A stretch of DNA of 64,000 bases from an uncultured Chloroflexia bacterium. GTDB taxonomy: Bacteria; Chloroflexota; Limnocylindria; QHBO01. Of this stretch, positions 31,009-40,302 are shown in pieces. The position numbers and the translations under genes were made by a program. The stretch is taken from assembly GCA_963827475.1 (NCBI GenBank), contig CAWHAZ010000005.1, positions 128,001 to 192,000 on the forward strand, read 5' to 3'. The notes below the pieces were generated by a model. The model ran no database searches. It was not told where the DNA came from and saw only the letters and a program-made list of their open reading frames with translations. Position 1 is the stretch's first letter; each line of letters opens with the position of its first letter.

Positions 31009-32221
31009 ATGACATCGGTCAAGTCCACGCGCAACCCGATGGCTTTCCTCGACGACGAGCTCGGAGGAGCTGCGGGAGAAGGGCCTCTACCGCCGGCTGC
31101 GGGTGGTGGAGAGCGAGCAGGCGGCCCACTGCCGCATCGACGGGAAGGACGTCATCACCCTGTCGAGCAACAACTACCTGGGCCTGACCACCCACCCCAG
31201 CCTGCGCGAGGCGACGATCTTCGCCACCCAGGCCCTGGGCGCCGGGTCGGGCGCGGTGCGGACCATCGCCGGCACGATGACCCTCCACCAGCAGCTCGAG
31301 ACGCGGCTGGCCGAGTTCAAGCGCGTCGAGGCGACGCTCACCTTCCAGTCGGGCTTCACCGCCAACACCGGGGCGATCCCCATCCTCGCCCCCGAGGGCG
31401 CGGTGATCGTGTCGGACGAGCTGAACCACGCCAGCATCATCGACGGCATCCGGCTGACCAAGGCCGAGCGCAAGGTCTTCCCCCACGGCGACACCGATGC
31501 GCTGCGCACCACGCTCCGTGAGGTGCGAGCCGCGCCCGGCGGAGCGGAGCGCACGGTCCTGGTCATCACCGACGGCGTGTTCTCGATGGACGGCGACATC
31601 GCCCCGTTGCCGGCCATCGTGGAGGCGGCCGAGGAGGCGGAGGCGATCGTCTACGTCGACGACGCCCACGGGTCGGGGGTCCTGGGCCGCAACGGGCGGG
31701 GGACCGTCGACCACTTCGACCTCCACGGCCGGGTCCACGTCCAGGTCGGGACCCTGTCGAAGGCGATCGGCGTGCTGGGCGGGTACGTGGCCGGCAGTGC
31801 CGCGCTGCGCGAGATCCTCATCCACCGCGCCCGCCCGTTCCTGTTCTCGACCTCCCATCCGCCGGGCGTGGCCGCGGCGTGCCTGGCGGCGATCAGCATC
31901 CTCGAGACGGAGCCGGAGCGGATCGAGCGGCTGTGGGCCAACACCCGCCGCTTCAAGGAGGGTCTGAAGGGCCTCGGCTTCGACATCGGTCAGTCGGAGA
32001 CCCCGATCACCCCGGTCATCGCCGGAGCCGGCGCGCTGGCCATGAAGCTGTCAGACCGGCTGTTCGAGGAGGGCGTGTTCGCGCAGGGGATCGGCTACCC
32101 CACGGTGCCCGAAGCCCGGAGCCGGGTCCGAACCATCGTCACCGCGGAGCACACCGATGACGACCTCGACACCTGTCTCGCCGCGTTCGAGAAGGTCGGT
32201 CGGGAGCTCGCCCTGATCTAG
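31009..32221 (+). CDS. kbl: Glycine C-acetyltransferase (frameshift near 31064)
   Basis: [38 protein letters not shown]. Confidence 0.9.
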
Positions 32222-32234
32222 CGGCTGGAAAGCA

Positions 32235-32262
32235 TCAGGCCCCCGGTTGCCCGGGGGCCTGA
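32235..32262. terminator. Hairpin between convergent kbl and surface-protein genes
   Basis: TCAGGCCCCCGG-TTGC-CCGGGGGCCTGA, 12-bp stem. Confidence 0.8.
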
Positions 32263-32284
32263 CTGCTGCGACGGGCGGAAAACG

Positions 32285-35200
32285 CTAGCGGCGCTGCCTC
32301 ACCGATCGGACGTTGGCGTACGCCAGCGCACCGAGGGACGCGATCAGGATCGCGCCGAACAGCAGCACTGCAAGCGAGTTGGAGACTGGCGGCGGGCTCA
32401 TCGCCGTGTTGGGGATCGACGTGGAGCCGAGTTCCTGTTCCTCGACGATCCGGATCGAGTCCTGGCCGTTGTCGGGCAGGGTCTCGGTCGAGTCGATCGT
32501 CGCGATGTTCAGGATCTCCCCGGTCGGCGCGTTTGCGTTGACGCTGGTCACGAAGGTCACGAACCCACTTGTGGTGAGCGTGCCCAGGTTCCAGGTGATC
32601 ACGCCGCTGAGGAACGTGCCGCCGTTGGACGCGCTGACGAAGGTCAAGCCCGCCGGGATCGGCTCGGTGATCACCGCGTTGGTGACCGGCCCGTTGGTCA
32701 GGGTGTAGGTCAACGTCCAGGTGACCGTGTTGGGGTTGATGCTGATCACAACGCCCTGGGGATTCAGGGTCCTCGTGATGAGCTCGACATTGGCCGCCTT
32801 GTCGACGACCAGCGTCGGGACACGGACGGTGACCGTGGAGTCGTCATCGCACTCGGCGGCCGGTGGCACCCCAACGGGGCACTGGCTGTTCGTGCTGGTG
32901 ACCACGGCCACGTTGGTCAGCACGGCGCCGTGCTGGGCCGTTGCGCTCACTGCTGCCTGGTAGGTCAGCTCGTGCGTGCCATTCGCAAGGGTACCTAGGG
33001 TCCAGGTGATCGTCCGGGTGGTGCCGACCCACACGCCACCGTCGCTGATGCTGGTCGGGTCACCCAGACCCGCCGGCAGCGTGTCCACGACGACGACGCC
33101 CTCCGCTGGCCCGTCGGTGACGGTCACTTCAAGCGTGTACGTCACCAGCGTCCCGGGCAGGACCGGGTCGGGCTGGTTGTTGGTCTTTTCGATCTCGACC
33201 TCGGGGCACTTGACCGTGATCGAAGCCGTCGAATTGACCGGATCGTCGTTTGTCGCATCCGCGATAGCGGTGTTGTTGAGCACCGCGCAATCTTCGCGGT
33301 CGGTGGCGCCGAAGACGCTAACCCTCGCCGGGGAGTTCTCCATGGTGGTTACGCCCAGGTCGCCAAAGCTGCAGGTCAGCAGGTTCGACGGACTGATGCT
33401 GCAGTCGGGGCTCAGCTCGTTCCAGTCGATGTCGCCTGGAAGCTGATCTTCCAGCGTGACGCCCGTGGCGGTCCCAGGTCCGGTGTTCCAGACCACGATA
33501 TCGAAGGCCGCGGCCTCACCCGCGTCGATCGTGGCGGGGTCGGCCACCTTGGCGACGTTCAGGCCAGGGCACTGGACGTTCTGAGTTCCGCTGTCAGTGA
33601 CCGGCGGGTTGTTGTCGGCATCGGCCGTGGCATCGGGGTTGTTGACCGTGCCGCAGTCGGCGGCCGTGGTCGGACTGGTCACCGTGACGCTGAAGCTCGC
33701 GCCGGGCGCCAGGCTGGCGATGTCGCAGTGCAGGACGTTGCTGACGATCGTGCACTCGGCCTTGTCGGGGTTCTCGGCCCACTCAAAGCCGGGTGGCAGG
33801 GTGTCGTCGATGTCGACGTTGGTCGCCGTCCCGGTGCCGGGGGCATTGGAGTTCGAGACGGTGATCGTGAAGCTGATCGGGCTGCCCGCGTTGACCGTGC
33901 CGCCATCAGGCGTCTTGCTGATGGTCAGGCTCGGGCACTGGACGGTCTGGTTCCGCTGTCAGTGACCGTGGGGTTGTTGTCGGCATCGGCCGTGGCAGCG
34001 GGGTTGTTGACCGTGCCGCAGTCGGCGGCCGTGGTCGGACTGGTCACCGTGACGCTGAAGCTCGCGCCGGGCGCCAGGCTGGCGATGTCGCAGTGCAGGA
34101 CGTTGCTGACGATCGTGCACTCGGCCTTGTCGGGGTTCTCGGCCCACTCAAAGCCGGGTGGCAGGGTGTCGTCGATGTCGACGTTGGTCGCCGTCCCGGT
34201 GCCGGGGGCATTGGAGTTCGAGACGGTGATCGTGAAGCTGATCGGGCTGCCCGCGTTGACCGTGCCGCCATCAGGCGTCTTGCTGATGGTCAGGCTCGGG
34301 CACTGGACGGTCTGAGTTGCCGCTGTCAGTGACCGGGGGGTTGTTGTCGGCGTCGGCCGTGGCAGCGGGGTTGTTGACCGTGCCGCAGTCGGCGGCCGTG
34401 GTCGGACTGGTCACCGTGACGCTGAAGCTCGCGCCGGGCGCCAGGCTGGCGATGTCGCAGTGCAGGACGTTGCTGACGATCGTGCACTCGGCCTTGTCGG
34501 GGTTCTCGGCCCACTCAAAGCCGGGTGGCAGGGTGTCGTCGATGTCGACGTTGGTCGCCGTCCCGGTGCCGGGGGCATTGGAGTTCGAGACGGTGATCGT
34601 GAAGCTGATCGGGCTGCCCGCGTTGACCGTGCCGCCATCAGGCGTCTTGCTGATGGTCAGGCTCGGGCACTGGACGGTCTGAGTTGCCGCTGTTAGTGAT
34701 CGGGCGTTGTTGTCGGCATCGGCGGTGGCGCGGGGTTGTTGACCATGCCGCAGTCGGCGGCCGTGGTCGGACTGGTCACCGTGACGCTGAAGCTCGCGCC
34801 GGGCGCCAGGCTGGCGATGTCGCAGTGCAGGACGTTGCTGACGATCGTGCACTCGGCCTTGTCGGGGTTCTCGGCCCACTCAAAGCCGGGCGGCAGGGTG
34901 TCGTCGATGTCGACGTTGGTCGCCGTCCCGGTGCCGGGGGCATTGGAGTTCGAGACGGTGATCGTGAAGCTGATCGGGCTGCCCGCGTTGACCGTGCCGC
35001 CATCAGGCGTCTTGCTGATGGTCAGGCCCGGGCACTGGACGGTGATGACGGTTGGCGTCGACGCGGTCGATCCGCTCCCACCGTTCGTCGAGGTGAACGA
35101 CGCCGTGTTGCTGATCGACGGGCAGTCTCCGACATCGGTGACACCCTGGACCGTCACACTGAATCGAGCTCGCGGCCGCGATGGTGATCCCGGTGCAGGA

Positions 35201-36621
35201 AAGGTTGACCCCGCCGGTGATCGTGCATGCCGCCTGGTCGGGGTTCTCGACCCAGGTCAGGCCCGAGGGCAGGGTGTCAGTGATTGTCACTCCCGTCGCG
35301 ATACCCTGGCCGGCGTTCGACACGGTGATCGTGTACGTCGCCGTCCCTCCCGCGGAGATGACCGGCGTTGAGGTCGACTTCTGGATCGACAGGCCCGGGC
35401 AGAGGACGGTCGTGCTCGCCGAGGCCTGCATCGGGTCGAAGTTGTCCGCCTCAGCGGTCGCGGTGTTCGCGTACGCCTTGACACGAGGCGGCCGTCGTGG
35501 CGCTCTGGACGTGCACCGACGCGCTGGCGTCATCGGCCAGGGTGCCGAAGGCGCAGGTCAGCGTCTCGGCCGGTGGGGCTGCCGGTGATTCGAGCACAAT
35601 GGCTGCGTAGTCCGGGCGATCGGCCCAGTCGACGCCGGTGTCCGGACGGCAGCGGGTCGCTGAGCGTGACGTTGGTCGCCACCCCGGGCCCGTTGTTGGT
35701 GACCGTGATCGTGAAGCCGATATTCGATCCGGCACTCACCGTGGGCGGCATCGGCCGTCTTGGTGATGACCAGCAGCGGCGGCGAGCGGCGTGATCGCGT
35801 TGGACATGATCTGGTTGTCGCGATTGCCGGCCGACTCGCCGTCGATCCCGATCAGGCGGATGTGGTACGGACCGCCGCTGATGGCGGCCGCGCCCAGCAA
35901 GGGGCCCCAGCCTCGCGGGCCGAGGCCTGCAGCCAGATGGCCGCCGAACAGGAGCATGACCCGGCCATCGGCATCGGTCACGTTGAAGTTGATGGTGATG
36001 ACGCCGTAATCCGAGCCAGCCTCGGCCGGATCGATGGTGTGGGTGATGGCCGACGTCGCTGGTGATGTCTCCGCCGTACATGACGAACTGGCGGTCGGCC
36101 TGCGGCAGCTCATGGGCTGAGGTGGGCTGCGGGCCGCCCGGCGAGACGCTGTTCGGGTCAGAGGGGATGGGGAAGGTGCTGGCGGTCGGGTCGGTAGTCC
36201 GGGATACAGAGGCTCGTCCGGGTTCAGATCCTGGCACATGTCGGCGTTGACGTAGGTGTGGTTCCAGGTGGCCAGGTAGTCGTACGCGTGGGCCACGTTC
36301 CCGCTGGTCTTGCGGGCCATGTACGCGATCGTGATCGAGTGGGAAACCGGCCGTCGTCGAAGTCGACGATCGAGCCGCTGGGGGACGACCTCGTCCTCGG
36401 CGTAGTCGTTGTGGGTGGCATTCAGGATGCCACCGATCCAGCTGTCGCAGTCCAGCGTCGACCGGCTTGGGGTTGCCGATCTGACACTGCGAGTAGTCGA
36501 GGACGTTGGTCGCGGCGGAGGCGACGATGGGCAGGAACGGCCCTGCGATGACGTTGAAGATGAGTGCAAGGGCCACGGGCAGCACTTGGAAGCCACGGGT
36601 CCGCGCCTGGGATCGGTCCAT
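32285..36621 (-). CDS. Large secreted surface protein with DUF11/CnaB-like repeats and C-terminal sorting signal; many frameshifts
   Basis: Signal peptide (LPVALALIFNVIAGPFLPIVASA); repeated K...FTITVSN...ATNV...DTLP...N.A domains; tail SIPNTA-TM-LAYANVRSVRQRR. Confidence 0.85.
33567..35041. repeat. Four near-identical tandem ~366-bp intragenic repeats (122 aa each)
   Basis: GGGCACTGGACG anchors at 33567, 33933, 34298, 34665, 35030. Confidence 0.95.
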
Positions 36622-36851
36622 CGATAGATGCCCCTCTGGGAAAGCGAAATGGAGCGCAACTATAGGGGTAGGCCCCGGACTTTGGTACCCCTCAGTTTTG
36701 GCGCTCCCCGGCACTCTGGTGGACTTGCGTGGGGTTACGTCCGCAGGAAGTGGTGCCGGCGGGCACCAGGGGTCCTGGTACCGATGGCCTACCAGGGGAT
36801 TTCCAGCTCGAACGTTCGGCGGCCAATCTGATCCGACGTCCACAACAGAGA

Positions 36852-36879
36852 ACGGGGTACGGATCGCTCCGTACCCCGT
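36852..36879 (-). terminator. 12-bp hairpin, terminator-like on the minus strand
   Basis: ACGGGGTACGGA-TCGC-TCCGTACCCCGT, followed by TCTCTGTTGT on the minus strand. Confidence 0.55.
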
Positions 36880-36936
36880 CCCTGCCAGGGGGGCTGGATG
36901 ATTGGCGGTCCGTGGGCGCCCCCCGCCCGGGACCGA

Positions 36937-36965
36937 TCAGGCCCCCGGTTGGTCCGGGGGCCTGA
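36937..36965 (-). terminator. Hairpin with the same stem as 32235-32262
   Basis: TCAGGCCCCCGG-TTGGT-CCGGGGGCCTGA, 15 nt downstream of the stop at 36981. Confidence 0.8.
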
Positions 36966-36980
36966 CGTGTGCGCTGGGTC

Positions 36981-37954
36981 TTACCGGCGCTGCTTGGCGG
37001 CGCGGACGTTGGCGTAGGCCAGCGTGCCGAGCGATGCCACCAGGATGGCGCCGAAGATCAGGGTCGCGAGGGGGCCGCCGAAGCCGCGGCAGGCTCGTCG
37101 CGGTGTCGGGAATCGACCCGGCCGGTGTCCCGGTGCTGCCAGCTTGCGCTGCCCTCAGGCTGTGACTCAGGCACCGACTCAGGCACCGACTGGCACCGAC
37201 TCGCCGGTGGTGCACGGTGCGACGGTGATCTCGCCCGAGCCCAGACGTCGCCACTGAGCGTTCTCGATCGACCAGGCATACGTGCCCGGCTGCGACATCG
37301 GCGATCTCCGGTCTCGGTGTCGAAGTCAACCTCGTTGCCGTCGAGGAACAGGTTGAGCGAGGTCAGCAGGATGGTGGCCTGGACCCGGATCCGCGGGGTG
37401 TCCTGAGGCCCTGCGCACGGAACCGAGGCCAGGTTGACCTCGACGTCGGGCTCGATCAGGCAGATCAGGCAGATGGCTGATGCCATGGCTGACGTTCCTG
37501 GTTGTCCTCCGTGGTGACCAGACCGTTGTCGTGGTCGACGCCATCGCACCCGGGAAGCCGGTCTCGTAGTCGTAGATGTTGCTGCCCTCGTTGCCACCCT
37601 TGACGTTGGCGGCGACCACGAGCCATCCGCGATCGGCCTGGAAGGAGACGTACTGCCATTGGTGACGTTGAACGACGAATGCTCGAGGTCGACGTCTCCC
37701 GACGGGCTGTCGCCGCGATCTTGTCCTCGTCGTCGAAGCCGTCGATGAAGCCAATGCTCTGTGCACGAGGTCGGCGCAGGTCGAGGTTCGTCGATTGCCC
37801 GGCGGTGATGACGGCGTCACGAGTCGGGCCGGTGTGGCCGGCGAAGCGCTGGGGTGACGGCCACGAAGGTGGCCAGGATGAGTCCTGCGATGGCTGTCAG
37901 GGCGATGATGAGCCTGGTTGCAGAACGGGCGGGTGCCTGGGTGCTAACGGTCAA
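36981..37954 (-). CDS. Secreted surface protein with C-terminal sorting signal; heavily frameshifted
   Basis: AAGGAG + TTG, signal peptide RLIIALTAIAGLILATFVAV; VKGGNEGSNIYDY; ESVPESVPESQPE linker; tail SIPDTA...LATLIFGAILVASLGTLAYANVRAAKQRR. Confidence 0.75.
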
Positions 37955-38160
37955 TGCCGATCTCCTTGTGTTCCTCCCCTGGTACCGGCAGCGTCCGCTG
38001 ACGGCCCCCCTGAGGCGTTGTTGAGCCCGACACGATACACAGTCGGTCCTCGCCTGCATAGTACTTTGGGCGACAGCATTCGTGTCGTGTGGGGCGGTCT
38101 GGTGCGGTCGCAACGTCGTCCGTTGCCCAGCCGTCAACGGATCTGCGCGGCCCTCGGGTC

Positions 38161-38802
38161 CTAGGACGTTCGGCCGCGGGCCTCGAGCAGGACGACCTGC
38201 GATTCCTCGGGCAACGTGGAGCGGGTCAGGCTCGCCTTCGGCAGGCGGATCGGCTCGGTGGCCAGCTCGTGGAGGAACGTCTCCGGGCCCAGCAGATCCT
38301 TCGATCCGCCGTCGGTGGCGTAGTGCATGGGGATGACGACCTTCGGCTCGAGCTGGGACACGACCTCGGCCGCCTCCGCCGGGGAGATGGTGGTGTTGCC
38401 CCCGGCCGGCACCAGGAGCACGTCGATCGGCCCGATCTCGTGGAGCTGCTCATCGGTCAGCAGGTGGCCCAGGTCGCCGAGGTGGCAGACGTGGACCCCG
38501 TCCACCTCGAAGGCGAAGATCACGTTCTCCCCCCGCTCGCGGCCGCCCTCCCCGTCATGCCAGGTGCGGACGCCGGTCACCAGCAGGTCGGCGAACTCGT
38601 ACTCCCCGGGGCGGGTCAGGGTCATGCCCGCGCTGATCGAGCGGGTGTAGGCGTGGTCGGGGTGGTCGTGGGAGATGGTCAGCAGGTCGACATCGTGCTT
38701 GCCCGCCACGAACCCGGTTTTCGGGGGGCAGGGGTCGGTGATGACGGCGGCGTGGCGGCCCTTCAGCCGGAAGCAGGCACGCCCGTACCAGGTGATCTCC
38801 AC
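38161..38802 (-). CDS. MBL-fold metallo-hydrolase
   Basis: ITWYGRACF, SHDHPDH, HLGDLGH, VIPMHY. Confidence 0.9.
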   Translation of the reverse strand: MEITWYGRACFRLKGRHAAVITDPCPPKTGFVAGKHDVDLLTISHDHPDHAYTRSISAGMTLTRPGEYEFADLLVTGVRTWHDGEGGRERGENVIFAFEVDGVHVCHLGDLGHLLTDEQLHEIGPIDVLLVPAGGNTTISPAEAAEVVSQLEPKVVIPMHYATDGGSKDLLGPETFLHELATEPIRLPKASLTRSTLPEESQVVLLEARGRTS

Positions 38803-38847
38803 GGGTGCCGGATGCTACCCCACAACAGCGCCGGAAAAACGCGCCGG

Positions 38848-38935
38848 GAAAGCACGAGCGCCGGTGCCCGCCCAATGACACCGGCGCCCGAAGGAGGGAG
38901 GGTGGAGGAGAAATCCAGAAGGATTTCTGACTCGC
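38848..38935 (-). ncRNA. Candidate small RNA (hairpin, C-rich anti-SD linker, terminator)
   Basis: TATTGT -10 at 38947-38942; 8-bp hairpin; CCUCCACCCUCCCUCCUU; 14-bp stem with G-U pairs, then UGCUUU. Confidence 0.5.
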
Positions 38936-39034
38936 ACGGTCACAATAGGTTCGCCACGTGAAGCCACAAGCCATCCCGATGTGAAGAAACCTGAACCTTT
39001 GCCGCCGAGCCGTTTGCCCCACAATGCCTGACCG

Positions 39035-40297
39035 ATGACGCCCCGCGTCCGGCGCCTGGTCGCCGTGGTCACCCTCATCCTGGCCCTGGCCGTGGTGGCG
39101 GTCCTCACCCTGCGTGCCTTCGGCGTGCCCCTCGCCCTCGGGCCCTCGAGCCCGACTCCGGAGCCGTCGCTCGGCCCGACGGCCGGCGAGAGCGTCGCTG
39201 CGTCCCCGTCCCTCGAAGAGGCCCTCGCCGCGCTCGAGGCGGACGCGGCGGACATCCGGGACCTGCCCCCGGCGGACATCGGTCCGGCCGAGTTCATCTC
39301 GCGCGACGAGCTCGAGCAGCGGCTGGCCGACGAATTCGCCGAGGAGTACACCGACGACGAGATCGCCGCCGACAACGCCCTGTACCACGCCCTGGGGCTG
39401 CTGGCGCCCGACCAGGACTTCGCCGCGCTCCAGCTCCAGCTGCTCTCCAGCCAGGTCATCGGCTACTACGACGACGCCAGCCAGACGATGGTCGTGGTGG
39501 CCGATGCCGGGCTCTCGCCGGAGACCAAGGTCGTGTACGTCCACGAGTACGTCCACGCCCTCCAGGACGCGGCGTTCGGGCTGGACTCACTGAACCTGGA
39601 CGCTGCCGGAGACGATGACGGCGCATTTGCCCGGGTCAGCCTCCGCGAGGGGGACGCGACCACGGCCATGGTGCTGTGGGCGTACCAGAACCTCTCCGCG
39701 CAGGAGATCCTCGGCATCAGCCAGACGCCGCTGCCCGACACCACCGGGGTGCCGGCGTGGATGGTCCGCCAGCTGGGGTTCCCGTACCTCGAGGGCACCG
39801 ACTTCTCCTCCCAGCTGTTCCAGCGTGGCGGGTTCGCCGGGGTCGACGAGGCGTGGGCGGACCCGCCGCTGTCCACCGAGCAGGTCATCCACTTCGAGGC
39901 GTACGTCGCGAACGAGGCCCCGCTCGAGGTCGCCGGCATCGAGGCACCGGCGCCCGGTATGGAGGTCCTCCGCGAGACCACGTTCGGCGAGGCCATGATC
40001 GGCATCTGGCTCGGCGCGCTGGGCGTGAGCCAGAGCGACGCCGACGTGGCGGCCGCCGGCTGGGGCGGTGACCGGATCACGGTCGTGGCGTCGACGAGCG
40101 GCGAGGACGTGGCCATCGTCCTGCGCTCGGCGTGGGACACGCCGCTCGACGCGACCGAGTTCGCGGAGGGATACGCCGACGCGCTCGACCGGCTGGACCT
40201 GTTCGGGAGCCTCGTGGAGCTCAGCGACACGGAGACGCTCGTCGTCCAGGGGACGAGCCAGGCACTGGTGGACGCGCTCGCCGGCTCGGCCGACTGA
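39035..40297 (+). CDS. Membrane-anchored putative zinc metallopeptidase
   Basis: N-terminal TM, GYYD, HEYVHALQD, EGDAT, FPYLEG, PPLSTEQV, AGWGGD. Confidence 0.75.
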   Translation: MTPRVRRLVAVVTLILALAVVAVLTLRAFGVPLALGPSSPTPEPSLGPTAGESVAASPSLEEALAALEADAADIRDLPPADIGPAEFISRDELEQRLADEFAEEYTDDEIAADNALYHALGLLAPDQDFAALQLQLLSSQVIGYYDDASQTMVVVADAGLSPETKVVYVHEYVHALQDAAFGLDSLNLDAAGDDDGAFARVSLREGDATTAMVLWAYQNLSAQEILGISQTPLPDTTGVPAWMVRQLGFPYLEGTDFSSQLFQRGGFAGVDEAWADPPLSTEQVIHFEAYVANEAPLEVAGIEAPAPGMEVLRETTFGEAMIGIWLGALGVSQSDADVAAAGWGGDRITVVASTSGEDVAIVLRSAWDTPLDATEFAEGYADALDRLDLFGSLVELSDTETLVVQGTSQALVDALAGSAD

Positions 40298-40302
40298 CCG
40301 CC

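Noticed and set aside
33567-35041. Tandem repeats considered as a CRISPR array or DGR template/variable repeats
   Set aside because: Units are ~366-nt protein-coding domains with no spacers, no cas or reverse transcriptase gene, and differences are not clearly adenine-specific.
37162-37205. Short direct repeats GACTCAGGCACC
   Set aside because: They encode the ESVP low-complexity linker of the surface protein.
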